The notes under the pieces were generated by a model. It was given only the letters and a program-made list of their open reading frames with translations, was not told where the DNA came from and searched no databases. Shown piece by piece: positions 1 through 7,983 of a DNA stretch of 64,000 nucleotides. The stretch is from Candidatus Omnitrophota bacterium. Its GTDB lineage: Bacteria > Omnitrophota > Gorgyraeia > Gorgyraeales > Gorgyraeaceae. Position 1 is the first letter of the stretch. Each line of letters opens with the position of its first letter. The position numbers and the translations under genes are program-made. The stretch is from contig JAHJHC010000032.1 of NCBI GenBank assembly GCA_018824145.1, forward strand, positions 5,330 through 69,329, written 5' to 3'.

Positions 1-1445
1 AAATCTTTGGCAATCGGCTCTTTTAACTCTTCAGGAATTTTCGTATCTTCATATTTACATTTCGGACAAATCAACCTTATTAAACGCTGTGCAATAAATG
101 CCTCTACGCTCGAAGCTACCAGATACGGCTCAACACCGATATCTACCAATCTAGCAATAGCACTGGCAGCATCATTAGTATGAAGCGTAGAAAATATCAG
201 ATGTCCTGTCAAGGCAACACGAATAGCAATCTCAGCAGTCTCTGAATCCCTGACCTCTCCCACCATTATCACATCAGGATCGTGTCTTAGGATACTACGG
301 AGGCCGCGGGCAAAATCCAAACCGATTTCCGGCATAACCTGCATCTGGGTTATACCCGTAATCTCATATTCAATGGGGTCTTCTATAGTAATAATCTTAC
401 GTTCCTTAGTATTTATCTTGCTTAAACAGGCATACAGCGTCGTAGTCTTTCCGCTTCCGGTAGGGCCTGTAACAAAAATAATACCATGCGGTTTCATAAC
501 TAATCTCTCAAAGATCTGCTGATCTATACCTGAAAGCCCCAATCTCTCCAGACCAAAGAGCATCTGGGTAGGAAGGATCCTTATCACTACACTCTCCCCA
601 AAAGGTGTCGGTATGGTAGATATCCTCAAATCAAGCACTTGTTCCTGAACCCTTACAACTGCCCTGCCATCCTGCGGAAGACGGCGCTCTACAATATTTA
701 AATTAGACATGATCTTAATACGTGAAATTATGGCGTTTAAGAAACCTTTTATCCCCTGCGGGACATTGGCATCATAAAGCACACCGTCTATTCGATAACG
801 AAAATATACCTTCCCTCTATACGGCTCGATATGGATATCAGTGGCCCGTTTTCTCCACCCCTCTAAGATAATCTGATTAACCAGTTTTATTACAGAGGCG
901 TCTTCAGCTAATTTTTCAATATCTTCTACTCTTTCCTGGGAAATTTCTTGGGCACTTTCTTCAGACTTAAATCCCTGCTGCGAGTCAATACTCTCCAATG
1001 TCTCAGCTGCAGTCCCATAGTATCTGTTTAAGCCATCCGTTATATCCCTTGAGCATGAAAGGACCAATTCTATATCATAACCCAACTGTGTCCTTATCTC
1101 ATCCTGCGTCTTTATATCTAACGGATAATATGCCGCGATAGTCAAAGTCCTGCCTTTGATCTTTATAGGCAAAAATTTATAATATGAGGCGATCTTTACC
1201 GGGACCTTTTCTAACACAGCCTTATTAATGAGGCTTTTCTGCAGATTAAGATAACGTACTTTTAATTTATCTGCCAGGGCATTTAACATATCTTCTTCGG
1301 GGAGGACGCCTCTGGCGATTAAAATTTGTTGGAGGTTGCCGCCTGAGGCATCTATCTCCTTAATAAGTGCATCCAACGTCTTTTTGGAAACCAGCCCTTT
1401 CTCAACCAATGCTTCATACAAAAGTCTATCGTACTTCTTAAGCAT
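1..1445 (-). CDS. GspE/PilB-family secretion/pilus assembly ATPase (3' end runs off window)
   Basis: Not in the ORF track; translated by hand from ATG at 1445 (MLKKYDRLLYEALVEKGL...). Walker A IFVTGPTGSGKTT (~441-480), RHDPDVIMVGEVRD, TGHLIFSTLHTNDA, AQRLIRLICPKC. Confidence 0.93.
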   Translation of the reverse strand, partial: MLKKYDRLLYEALVEKGLVSKKTLDALIKEIDASGGNLQQILIARGVLPEEDMLNALADKLKVRYLNLQKSLINKAVLEKVPVKIASYYKFLPIKIKGRTLTIAAYYPLDIKTQDEIRTQLGYDIELVLSCSRDITDGLNRYYGTAAETLESIDSQQGFKSEESAQEISQERVEDIEKLAEDASVIKLVNQIILEGWRKRATDIHIEPYRGKVYFRYRIDGVLYDANVPQGIKGFLNAIISRIKIMSNLNIVERRLPQDGRAVVRVQEQVLDLRISTIPTPFGESVVIRILPTQMLFGLERLGLSGIDQQIFERLVMKPHGIIFVTGPTGSGKTTTLYACLSKINTKERKIITIEDPIEYEITGITQMQVMPEIGLDFARGLRSILRHDPDVIMVGEVRDSETAEIAIRVALTGHLIFSTLHTNDAASAIARLVDIGVEPYLVASSVEAFIAQRLIRLICPKCKYEDTKIPEELKEPIAKD

Positions 1446-1448
1446 ATA

Positions 1449-1898
1449 TTATCTCCCCTGCACGTATTCCCGATACCTCTCGATAATATCTTTCATATCA
1501 TCTTCGGAGACCAAAACCAATTTCAACCTGGACCCCCATGTTTCTTCTTCAGCTTTTTTCAAACCCCAGGCATCTAACGGATTGGTTATCGCAACAGTAA
1601 CTGTATCACCATCTTCCTCAATAGGAAAGCATTTATAATCTAAGATCAATGAGGGGCTGAATTTTTTTACAAAGCCCCAATCAACATATTTATATTTTAT
1701 ACTAATAAACGGGATATTAAACTGTTCGGATAACACCCCTAATAAATCCCTTTCTTTGATCTCTTTTTTTTCTACTAATATTGAGCCTAAAAATTTCTTT
1801 GTTGTTTGTTGTTCCCTTAAGGCATCCTGTAATTGCTCAGACGTTATAAGGCCCTTCTCTACTAAACTATCACCTAATCGTTTCTGTTTCTTATCCAT
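1449..1898 (-). CDS. Stand-alone MshEN / GspE N-terminal domain protein (putative c-di-GMP receptor)
   Basis: RLGDSLVEKGLITSEQLQDALREQ fits the MshEN RLGxxLxxxGxIxxxxLxxxLxxQ motif; second half-motif FLGSILVEK; then a GspE-N-like segment (FPIEEDGDTVTVAITNPLD); no ATPase domain. Confidence 0.85.
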   Translation of the reverse strand: MDKKQKRLGDSLVEKGLITSEQLQDALREQQTTKKFLGSILVEKKEIKERDLLGVLSEQFNIPFISIKYKYVDWGFVKKFSPSLILDYKCFPIEEDGDTVTVAITNPLDAWGLKKAEEETWGSRLKLVLVSEDDMKDIIERYREYVQGR

Positions 1899-1910
1899 AA
1901 TCTCGCTGCC

Positions 1911-3323
1911 TTATTTCAATGCTCCTATAAGATAAAATTCCTGTTCCGACCTATTGTCCACCCTTCCATCTATTATCCTCTCACATCCTTCCAACGTCTC
2001 GTTCACTGTTACATAAGCACCTTTTTTGCCAGTATACGACTCTGCTACAGTAAACGGCTGCGTAAGAAAATATTGCAACTTTCTGGCACGTTCGTAAATT
2101 ATTCTGTCTGCAGGGGATAATTCATCGATTCCTATAACCAATACGATACGGCGCAACTCTTCATATTTCTGAAACATCTGAACGGCTGTATGAGCAATAT
2201 CTACATGGCGTTTTCCTACGATGTCGACATCAAGGTTGGAGCTTGATGATAATAAAGGATCGACAGCCGGATAAATACCTAGCTGAACCTTTTCACGGGA
2301 AAGGACCATCACGTTATCCATAAAGCTAAAAAGCACCACTACAGCAGGATCTGTCAGGTCATCAGCAGGAACATATACACATTCAATAGAAGTAATAGAC
2401 CCTCCTCCTTTTTGGGATGTCCTTATCCTTTCGTGAAATTCGCTTACCTCTGCCATCATTGTAGGCTGATACCCTGTCTCTGAAGGAACGCGGCCCATAA
2501 GTGTAGATGTCTCAGATCCGGCTTGAACATACCGAAAAATATTATCTACAAACAGCAAGACATCCTGGTTTTTCTTTTGAATGGCTTCTGCAAGGGTAAT
2601 CCCTGTTGCGGCTACTCCAAATCTAGCTCCGGGCGGTTCGTTCATCTGACCGAATACCATCTGCGTTTTTGAAAGGACACCTGATTCTGTAAGCTCATAG
2701 TAGAGTTCATTACCTTCACGAATACGTTCTCCTATTCCTGCGAAAACACAGGACCCTTCATGCATTTTTACGATTTTCTGAATAATTTCCAAAGTAAGTA
2801 CGCTCTTCCCCATACCAGCGCCGCCTAAGATCCCGGTTTTTGAACCTTTAACCAACGGAAAAAGAAGGTCGATAATCTTAAGCCCTGTTTCTATGACATC
2901 AAAGCTTTTTTTCTTTCTACCGCCCGTTCTGAGATAACTGCCCATATGAGTCTTGTGAATAGGCATTTTCTCAACACATTCAATTTTTCCTTTCTTGTCT
3001 ATAGGCTGTCCTAACACGTTAACCAGCCGGCCGTACATGCCTTCTCCAACAGGTATCTCTATACTCTTACCTGAATAATAAGCCTCTTGATTGCGGACTA
3101 TGTTAATCGTCGAGTTTATCGCAATACAGCGCGCAATATTCCCCGGCATGTGCTCGGAGACTTCCATAAAGACTTCTTCTCCATCAACTGTATGCGTCGT
3201 AACCAAACCAAATACATTGGGGACATCATCCTGGGACACAAACTTCACATCTACTACCGGGCCCTGGACTGAAATGACGCGTCCTACTATCTTTATATCT
3301 TTTTTATTTTTTTCCACGGACAT
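1911..3323 (-). CDS. atpD: F1-type ATPase beta subunit, divergent
   Basis: GGAGMGKS Walker A, GERIREG, FGQMNEPPGAR, LLFVDNIFRY, GYQPT, YVPADDLTDPA, IYPAVDPL; DELSEED loop reads DELSPAD. Confidence 0.93.
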   Translation of the reverse strand: MSVEKNKKDIKIVGRVISVQGPVVDVKFVSQDDVPNVFGLVTTHTVDGEEVFMEVSEHMPGNIARCIAINSTINIVRNQEAYYSGKSIEIPVGEGMYGRLVNVLGQPIDKKGKIECVEKMPIHKTHMGSYLRTGGRKKKSFDVIETGLKIIDLLFPLVKGSKTGILGGAGMGKSVLTLEIIQKIVKMHEGSCVFAGIGERIREGNELYYELTESGVLSKTQMVFGQMNEPPGARFGVAATGITLAEAIQKKNQDVLLFVDNIFRYVQAGSETSTLMGRVPSETGYQPTMMAEVSEFHERIRTSQKGGGSITSIECVYVPADDLTDPAVVVLFSFMDNVMVLSREKVQLGIYPAVDPLLSSSSNLDVDIVGKRHVDIAHTAVQMFQKYEELRRIVLVIGIDELSPADRIIYERARKLQYFLTQPFTVAESYTGKKGAYVTVNETLEGCERIIDGRVDNRSEQEFYLIGALK

Positions 3324-4152
3324 ATCTCCCTGAAATCAGTTCGCGTAGAGCTCTATCAGCAAGCTCGTGACGGACACGAAAGTATTCTAACCTTACTTTT
3401 TTGTCTTCATCCTTCAGCTTCTCGCTCGATTCATCCAGGTGAATATAGCGGGCTGAAAATTCCGCTAGCCGGCTTACTCCAAAAATATAATGAAGCTTCT
3501 CTCCCATCCAAAGGTATACCAAATACTCGATCATATCTCCCGGCCTTGACTCCAGGATTATATCCTGATTTAAAGCGGGAATGGCCTTGCTTACATCAGG
3601 GGGGCGAAAAGGCAGAAAAGATACTGTTTCTATATGTTGCACTCCAAAGGAAACAGCTCGCGGATGTACCACTTTAACCGTATCAAACTCATTGGCCAAT
3701 GCCTTTTGGAAAATATAATCGCGCAGTTGCATTGCCTGTGTATGCCTTTCCTCATCCTGAATCCCGGGAAAGTTTACTGTCGAGTAGCCTTGTCCACTAA
3801 CATACATTTTTCCGCGCGCCCCGATAATGACCATTGTCGTAGGCATTTTCTGGGCCTCCTCAAGAGCTGCGTTTATAACTTTCATATTAAGTCCGCCCAA
3901 AAAACCGGCATCTGTGGTTATAGCAATAATAGCCTGTGCTCGTCCTTTGGCTTTCATGAAAACATGATTTACCGTATCCATATCAATATCTTTTAAAAAA
4001 CTTTCAATCGAAGGAAAAAATTCCTTAAAAACATTCAATCTCTTTTCCATCATATAATACTGTGCAATAGCAATCGATTTCAGCGTCTCAATCAAAAGCG
4101 ACAGCCCTTTATTGAATTCCATGTCTTTTTTTACGCTGATTAATGTCCTCAT
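3304..4152 (-). CDS. atpG: F1-type ATPase gamma subunit, divergent
   Basis: 282 aa between alpha and beta; ITTDAGFLGGLN (cf. SDRGLCGGFN), SRLAEFSARY, C-terminal RHELADRALRELISG (cf. RQAAITQEIAEIVGG). Confidence 0.85.
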   Translation of the reverse strand: MRTLISVKKDMEFNKGLSLLIETLKSIAIAQYYMMEKRLNVFKEFFPSIESFLKDIDMDTVNHVFMKAKGRAQAIIAITTDAGFLGGLNMKVINAALEEAQKMPTTMVIIGARGKMYVSGQGYSTVNFPGIQDEERHTQAMQLRDYIFQKALANEFDTVKVVHPRAVSFGVQHIETVSFLPFRPPDVSKAIPALNQDIILESRPGDMIEYLVYLWMGEKLHYIFGVSRLAEFSARYIHLDESSEKLKDEDKKVRLEYFRVRHELADRALRELISGRYVRGKK

Positions 4153-4153
4153 G

Positions 4154-5641
4154 CTATTTTATCTTTCCTGCAATATAATCTTTCAGGCAGCTTTCCAGCT
4201 TTTCAGCCATTTCCGTACTCATTTTTTTTGCAGTACGAAGATCACTAAAGAAAGAGGGGTGTACTTTTGTAATATACGGGCAGATATCCTCTCGGAATTG
4301 CAGGATCTGTTCTTTCGACAGGTTGTCAAGGAGCCCAAGATTCAAGGCATTCAAATAAACGATCTGGGCTTCCATTAAAACAGGCTGATTCCTATACTGA
4401 TTGATAAGGGCATTGATCGCATCTCCCCGTTTTATCTTGTCCTGAGCATCCTGTGAGATCCTGCCAGACTGCATCTGGGTCACTCTTAAAAGTTCTCTAT
4501 ACTGAATATAGTCCAGCCTTAATGTTTTACTGACCGAACGCATGGCATTCCACTGGGCCTTATTCCCGATACGAGAAACGGACAACCCAAAATCAATAGC
4601 AGGCATAAAGCCTTTCTTGAAAAGTTCGGTTGCAAAATAAAGCTGGCCGTCTGTCATCGAAACAATGTTAGTAGGAATATATCCGGTAAGGTCTCCCTGA
4701 AGGATCTCAACAATGGGGAAATATGTCATTGTCCCGTTCCCCCTTTCTTTGCTTAGATACCCCGCTCTTTCCATAAGCTGGGAATGTATATAAAAGATAT
4801 CCCCGGGATAAGCTTCACGGCCGGGAGCCCTTTCCAGGAGCAAGGATAATTGGCGATAGACCCAGGCATGCTTTGTAAGATCATCAAAGACTACAAATAC
4901 ATCCTTCCCATTGTACATGAAATATTCTCCCAGCATACTCGCAGTATAAGGGGCCAGATACTGCTCGCCGGTAGATAAGGACGCTACACCCGAAACAATA
5001 ATAGTGTATTTTAAGGCATCATGTTCTTTGAGTAAATCCACCACCTTGACAAGGCTGGAATACGGTTTTCCTATTATACAATAAATACAGATAACATCCC
5101 TTCCTTTTTGATTGAGGATGGCATCCATAGCAACCGTTGTTTTTCCTGTCTGACGGTCACCGATTAAGAGCTGGCGCTGGCCTTTGGCAGTAGGAATAAT
5201 CGCATCAAGGATCAATGTGCCTGTTTCAAATGTTTTATCAACAGGCTGCCTTTCCATAACCCCGGGAGCAACACGAAAGACAGGAAAGCTGTCATTAGCC
5301 TCAATCGGCCCGAGCCCGTCCTGAGGCATGCAAAGCCCGTTTACAATCCTGCCCACGAATGCATCACCTACAGGAAGGTCCAATGACTTGCCCTTGTTAT
5401 AGATCTCATCGCCTGCGCTAATATCCGCAACATCACCTAAAACAAGGACCTGGATATCTTCTTCAGTAAAGCCTATTACAAGGCCCAGTGTGCCATTTGC
5501 AAATTCAACGATCTGCCCGTTCATGCAAAAAGGCAACCCTTTGGCTATCACGACAAATTGCCGTACGGATTCAACGTACCCGACCTCTCTTACATCAAAG
5601 CCCGTTTGTGGTTTATCCATATCTTCTTTCTCACTACTCAT
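4154..5641 (-). CDS. atpA: F1-type ATPase alpha subunit, divergent
   Basis: GQRQLLIGDRQTGKT, FDDLTKHA, PGREAYPGDIFYIHSQLMERA, YIPTNIVSMTDGQ, SVSRIG. Start moved to ATG 5641, which overlaps the upstream stop. Confidence 0.93.
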   Translation of the reverse strand: MSSEKEDMDKPQTGFDVREVGYVESVRQFVVIAKGLPFCMNGQIVEFANGTLGLVIGFTEEDIQVLVLGDVADISAGDEIYNKGKSLDLPVGDAFVGRIVNGLCMPQDGLGPIEANDSFPVFRVAPGVMERQPVDKTFETGTLILDAIIPTAKGQRQLLIGDRQTGKTTVAMDAILNQKGRDVICIYCIIGKPYSSLVKVVDLLKEHDALKYTIIVSGVASLSTGEQYLAPYTASMLGEYFMYNGKDVFVVFDDLTKHAWVYRQLSLLLERAPGREAYPGDIFYIHSQLMERAGYLSKERGNGTMTYFPIVEILQGDLTGYIPTNIVSMTDGQLYFATELFKKGFMPAIDFGLSVSRIGNKAQWNAMRSVSKTLRLDYIQYRELLRVTQMQSGRISQDAQDKIKRGDAINALINQYRNQPVLMEAQIVYLNALNLGLLDNLSKEQILQFREDICPYITKVHPSFFSDLRTAKKMSTEMAEKLESCLKDYIAGKIK

Positions 5642-6377
5642 CAGCCTCTTTTCCTGAGGCGTCAAGCATGGCAACTTGTCCCAATATCTTATGTCTCAAG
5701 CTGCCGTCCAAAACAAGACTCCCTATTTCAACAATAATCCCTGCTACGATTTTAGGATCCAGTTCTTCTTTTAAGTCCATATTACTTCCCAAAAGCTTAT
5801 TCACTTTCTTTAATAATTCGGCACGATCACTGTCACTCAACGGGAAAGCAGTCAAAACTTTTATTTCCTTGATCCCTTTTATTATCTTTAATTGACCTAT
5901 CTTCTTAAAGCCGTTTTCAATAAGGTCACGGACCCATCGCGAATGAACATCCTGCTTGAATTCCTCAGGCAAGGTATTCTGAATTGACTCACATGCCTTA
6001 TTGATTGCCTCTTTTGCTATTCTTTCATCTAATTCAGCGATAATGACCTTGCGAGACCTGTCTGCCTGTTCAACAATCTCCTCACTTCGGACTCGCGCCT
6101 CTTTTAATATCTTATCCCTTTCTGCCGCTGCCTGATTAGCAATATCTAAACGTTGTTTTTCTGCCTCATTACGGGCCACGGACAACAATTCTTCAGATTT
6201 ACGTTTTGCCTCCTCAAGCCGTCTATTTATATCCTTTTCTTTTTTACTATAATCCTGGTTTAATTCTTCAAGATGTTTTGTAGCCAAAACGACATTTCTA
6301 TTCAATATATGTTTAAACATATATATAAGCCCTATAAATATAACTATCTGGAACAATACCAAGGAAATTATAAGCAT
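5634..6377 (-). CDS. atpF: F0 subunit b fused to a delta-like C-terminal domain
   Basis: N-terminal TM helix, long charged coiled coil, C-terminal DPKIVAGIIVEIGSLVLDGSLR typical of the delta/OSCP C-terminus. Confidence 0.8.
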   Translation of the reverse strand: MLIISLVLFQIVIFIGLIYMFKHILNRNVVLATKHLEELNQDYSKKEKDINRRLEEAKRKSEELLSVARNEAEKQRLDIANQAAAERDKILKEARVRSEEIVEQADRSRKVIIAELDERIAKEAINKACESIQNTLPEEFKQDVHSRWVRDLIENGFKKIGQLKIIKGIKEIKVLTAFPLSDSDRAELLKKVNKLLGSNMDLKEELDPKIVAGIIVEIGSLVLDGSLRHKILGQVAMLDASGKEADE

Positions 6378-6398
6378 CTTATCCTCTCTTTCGGGATA

Positions 6399-6614
6399 TT
6401 ACCTTGCGAACAACTGAAACACTACCAATATTGCAATAATTGCCAAGGCCTGAGCAAAGACCAGGGCTATCACTAATGCCGTAAAAATCTTAGGGGCAGC
6501 AGACGGATTCCTGCCCAATGCGCCTATACTGGCAAAACACCCTGCAGCAAACACCGCACACGGCCCCAAGATACATACTGAAAAAATTAAAATAAGTGAA
6601 ATATTACGATCCAT
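6399..6614 (-). CDS. atpE: F0 subunit c-like proteolipid lacking the ion-binding carboxylate
   Basis: 71-aa hydrophobic hairpin with GRNP loop; helix 2 reads ALVFAQALAI where c subunits have E/D (CAG codon at 6450-6452). Confidence 0.85.
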   Translation of the reverse strand: MDRNISLILIFSVCILGPCAVFAAGCFASIGALGRNPSAAPKIFTALVIALVFAQALAIIAILVVFQLFAR

Positions 6615-6861
6615 TGATTATAGGAGATGATGATTCCTCGACGACAATAGTTACTTTATTCTGATCGACTTTAACGATCCCTCTCTGTATATTAAATCTC
6701 TCTTCATCTATAAACAACGCACCTGAAATAAGCCGGCTTAAAATACGTTTGTGAAACGGTATTATCTCAAATACACCTTGCTCTCCAGGAACAATCACAC
6801 TCTGTGCCTTCCCTTTAAAAATAATCTTTCTGGGTGTTAATACATCCACATCTAATTGCAT
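6604..6861 (-). CDS. atpC: F1 epsilon subunit, N-terminal beta-sandwich only
   Basis: VDVLTPRKIIFKG..SVIVPGEQGVFEIIPFH matches the epsilon N-domain; only 85 aa, no C-terminal helical hairpin. Confidence 0.82.
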   Translation of the reverse strand: MQLDVDVLTPRKIIFKGKAQSVIVPGEQGVFEIIPFHKRILSRLISGALFIDEERFNIQRGIVKVDQNKVTIVVEESSSPIINGS

Positions 6862-6902
6862 TTTAACCTAGTTTTTTAAATAATACAAGACCCTATGATT
6901 TT

Positions 6903-7715
6903 TTATTCAGCCTTACTTTTATTTTCCTTGGAATCCGCCTCCGGAAATGCGGATTTCTTGGCCCCTGAAAGGCTATCTTTAGTAAGACGCGCCTGATGCT
7001 GCCACGTAAAAAACAACACCCCTGCCAAAAGGCCGCTAAATATAATAATAACGAATATTACTATCCAGGTCATGGTCTTTGAAGGAGAATCCGCCTTTAT
7101 GTTGGCATCTGCCAACATACTAGGAGAAGGCGGCCCTCCGGCAGTAACAAGGATCTTCTCCATCTTAGCAATATCTTCATCTATATTTTCTATTGCAAGT
7201 AAATTCTGACGGTAAATACCAATGTGACTCTGACGGCTAACTGACTCATCAGCCTGTGTAGTTCCAATTTCACTTAAACGTTGAAAAATACTATTGGCTA
7301 TCTCCTCAGCCTTCAGATAATACTCTGTGTCTTCAAGATTAGCTAGAATCGAGTCTGTGCGTTCCCTGAAATCAAGCAATTTAGCATCAGCTACAAGCCA
7401 GACATCTCTTACCTCGATTTCAAAGACTTTAACTTCTGAAGGTGACAGTTCCACCGTCTCTTTATACAAATAGAAGATAGATCTATCAGTATCATATTCT
7501 AAGTCCAAGCCAGCTGAATTTATAATATCATCGGGTTTTATCTCTATTGGTAAATACTTTTTAACCGGGGTAGTTTGTGTTTTTGTCTTTGATGGGTTAA
7601 CTACAACAATCTTAAAGGTCACGCTTTCAGCGGCCTTTAGTTCTCCTGAGTTTATAAAACTCCACACTGAAAACACTAATAAACCCCACACTACATTTTT
7701 TAAAATTACCCGCAT
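6903..7715 (-). CDS. Hypothetical exported protein with C-terminal TM anchor
   Basis: Signal-peptide-like N-terminus, soluble domain, TM WIVIFVIIIFSGLLAGVLFFTW, charged tail; GGAGG RBS upstream. Confidence 0.8.
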   Translation of the reverse strand: MRVILKNVVWGLLVFSVWSFINSGELKAAESVTFKIVVVNPSKTKTQTTPVKKYLPIEIKPDDIINSAGLDLEYDTDRSIFYLYKETVELSPSEVKVFEIEVRDVWLVADAKLLDFRERTDSILANLEDTEYYLKAEEIANSIFQRLSEIGTTQADESVSRQSHIGIYRQNLLAIENIDEDIAKMEKILVTAGGPPSPSMLADANIKADSPSKTMTWIVIFVIIIFSGLLAGVLFFTWQHQARLTKDSLSGAKKSAFPEADSKENKSKAE

Positions 7716-7773
7716 CTCTTTTTCCTCCTGTTTATTATAGTTGAATAATAACTTTTATACTAATATACCATAT

Positions 7774-7803
7774 AATATACCCTATATACCACCTAAAGTG
7801 CAA
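7774..7803 (-). promoter_or_regulatory. Possible sigma70 promoter for the ATPase/GspE unit
   Basis: Minus strand TTGCAC (7803-7798), 18 nt, TATATT (7779-7774); AT-rich context, so weak evidence. Confidence 0.35.
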
Positions 7804-7835
7804 AAAAAACTTGCCTTTTTTAAAAAGGCAAGTTT
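7802..7835 (-). terminator. Putative intrinsic terminator after the giant gene
   Basis: Perfect 14-bp inverted repeat AAACTTGCCTTTTT/AAAAAGGCAAGTTT (7807-7835) followed by a T run on the minus strand. Confidence 0.5.
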
Positions 7836-7857
7836 CTCTTTTGGAAATTTGGAAATT

Positions 7858-7930
7858 GGAAATTCGGGACACATCCCAATTTTCACGCGTAGCTACAAAG
7901 CTTGAAAATTGGGATGTGTCCCGAATTTCC
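7858..7930. repeat. Perfect 28-bp inverted repeat with 17-nt spacer (REPIN-like)
   Basis: GGAAATTCGGGACACATCCCAATTTTCA (7858-7885) and its exact reverse complement (7903-7930); each arm holds a mini-palindrome GGGA-CACA-TCCC; flanked by short GGAAATT / AATTTCC repeats. Confidence 0.9.
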
Positions 7931-7983
7931 CGAATTTCCCTTACGCGCATCCAGCATCAAACATTGAGATTCCATAAAATACC

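Noticed and set aside
1911-6861. Ordinary ATP synthase or N-ATPase operon
   Set aside because: No subunit a, no atpQ/atpR, gene order fits neither, and c lacks the carboxylate.
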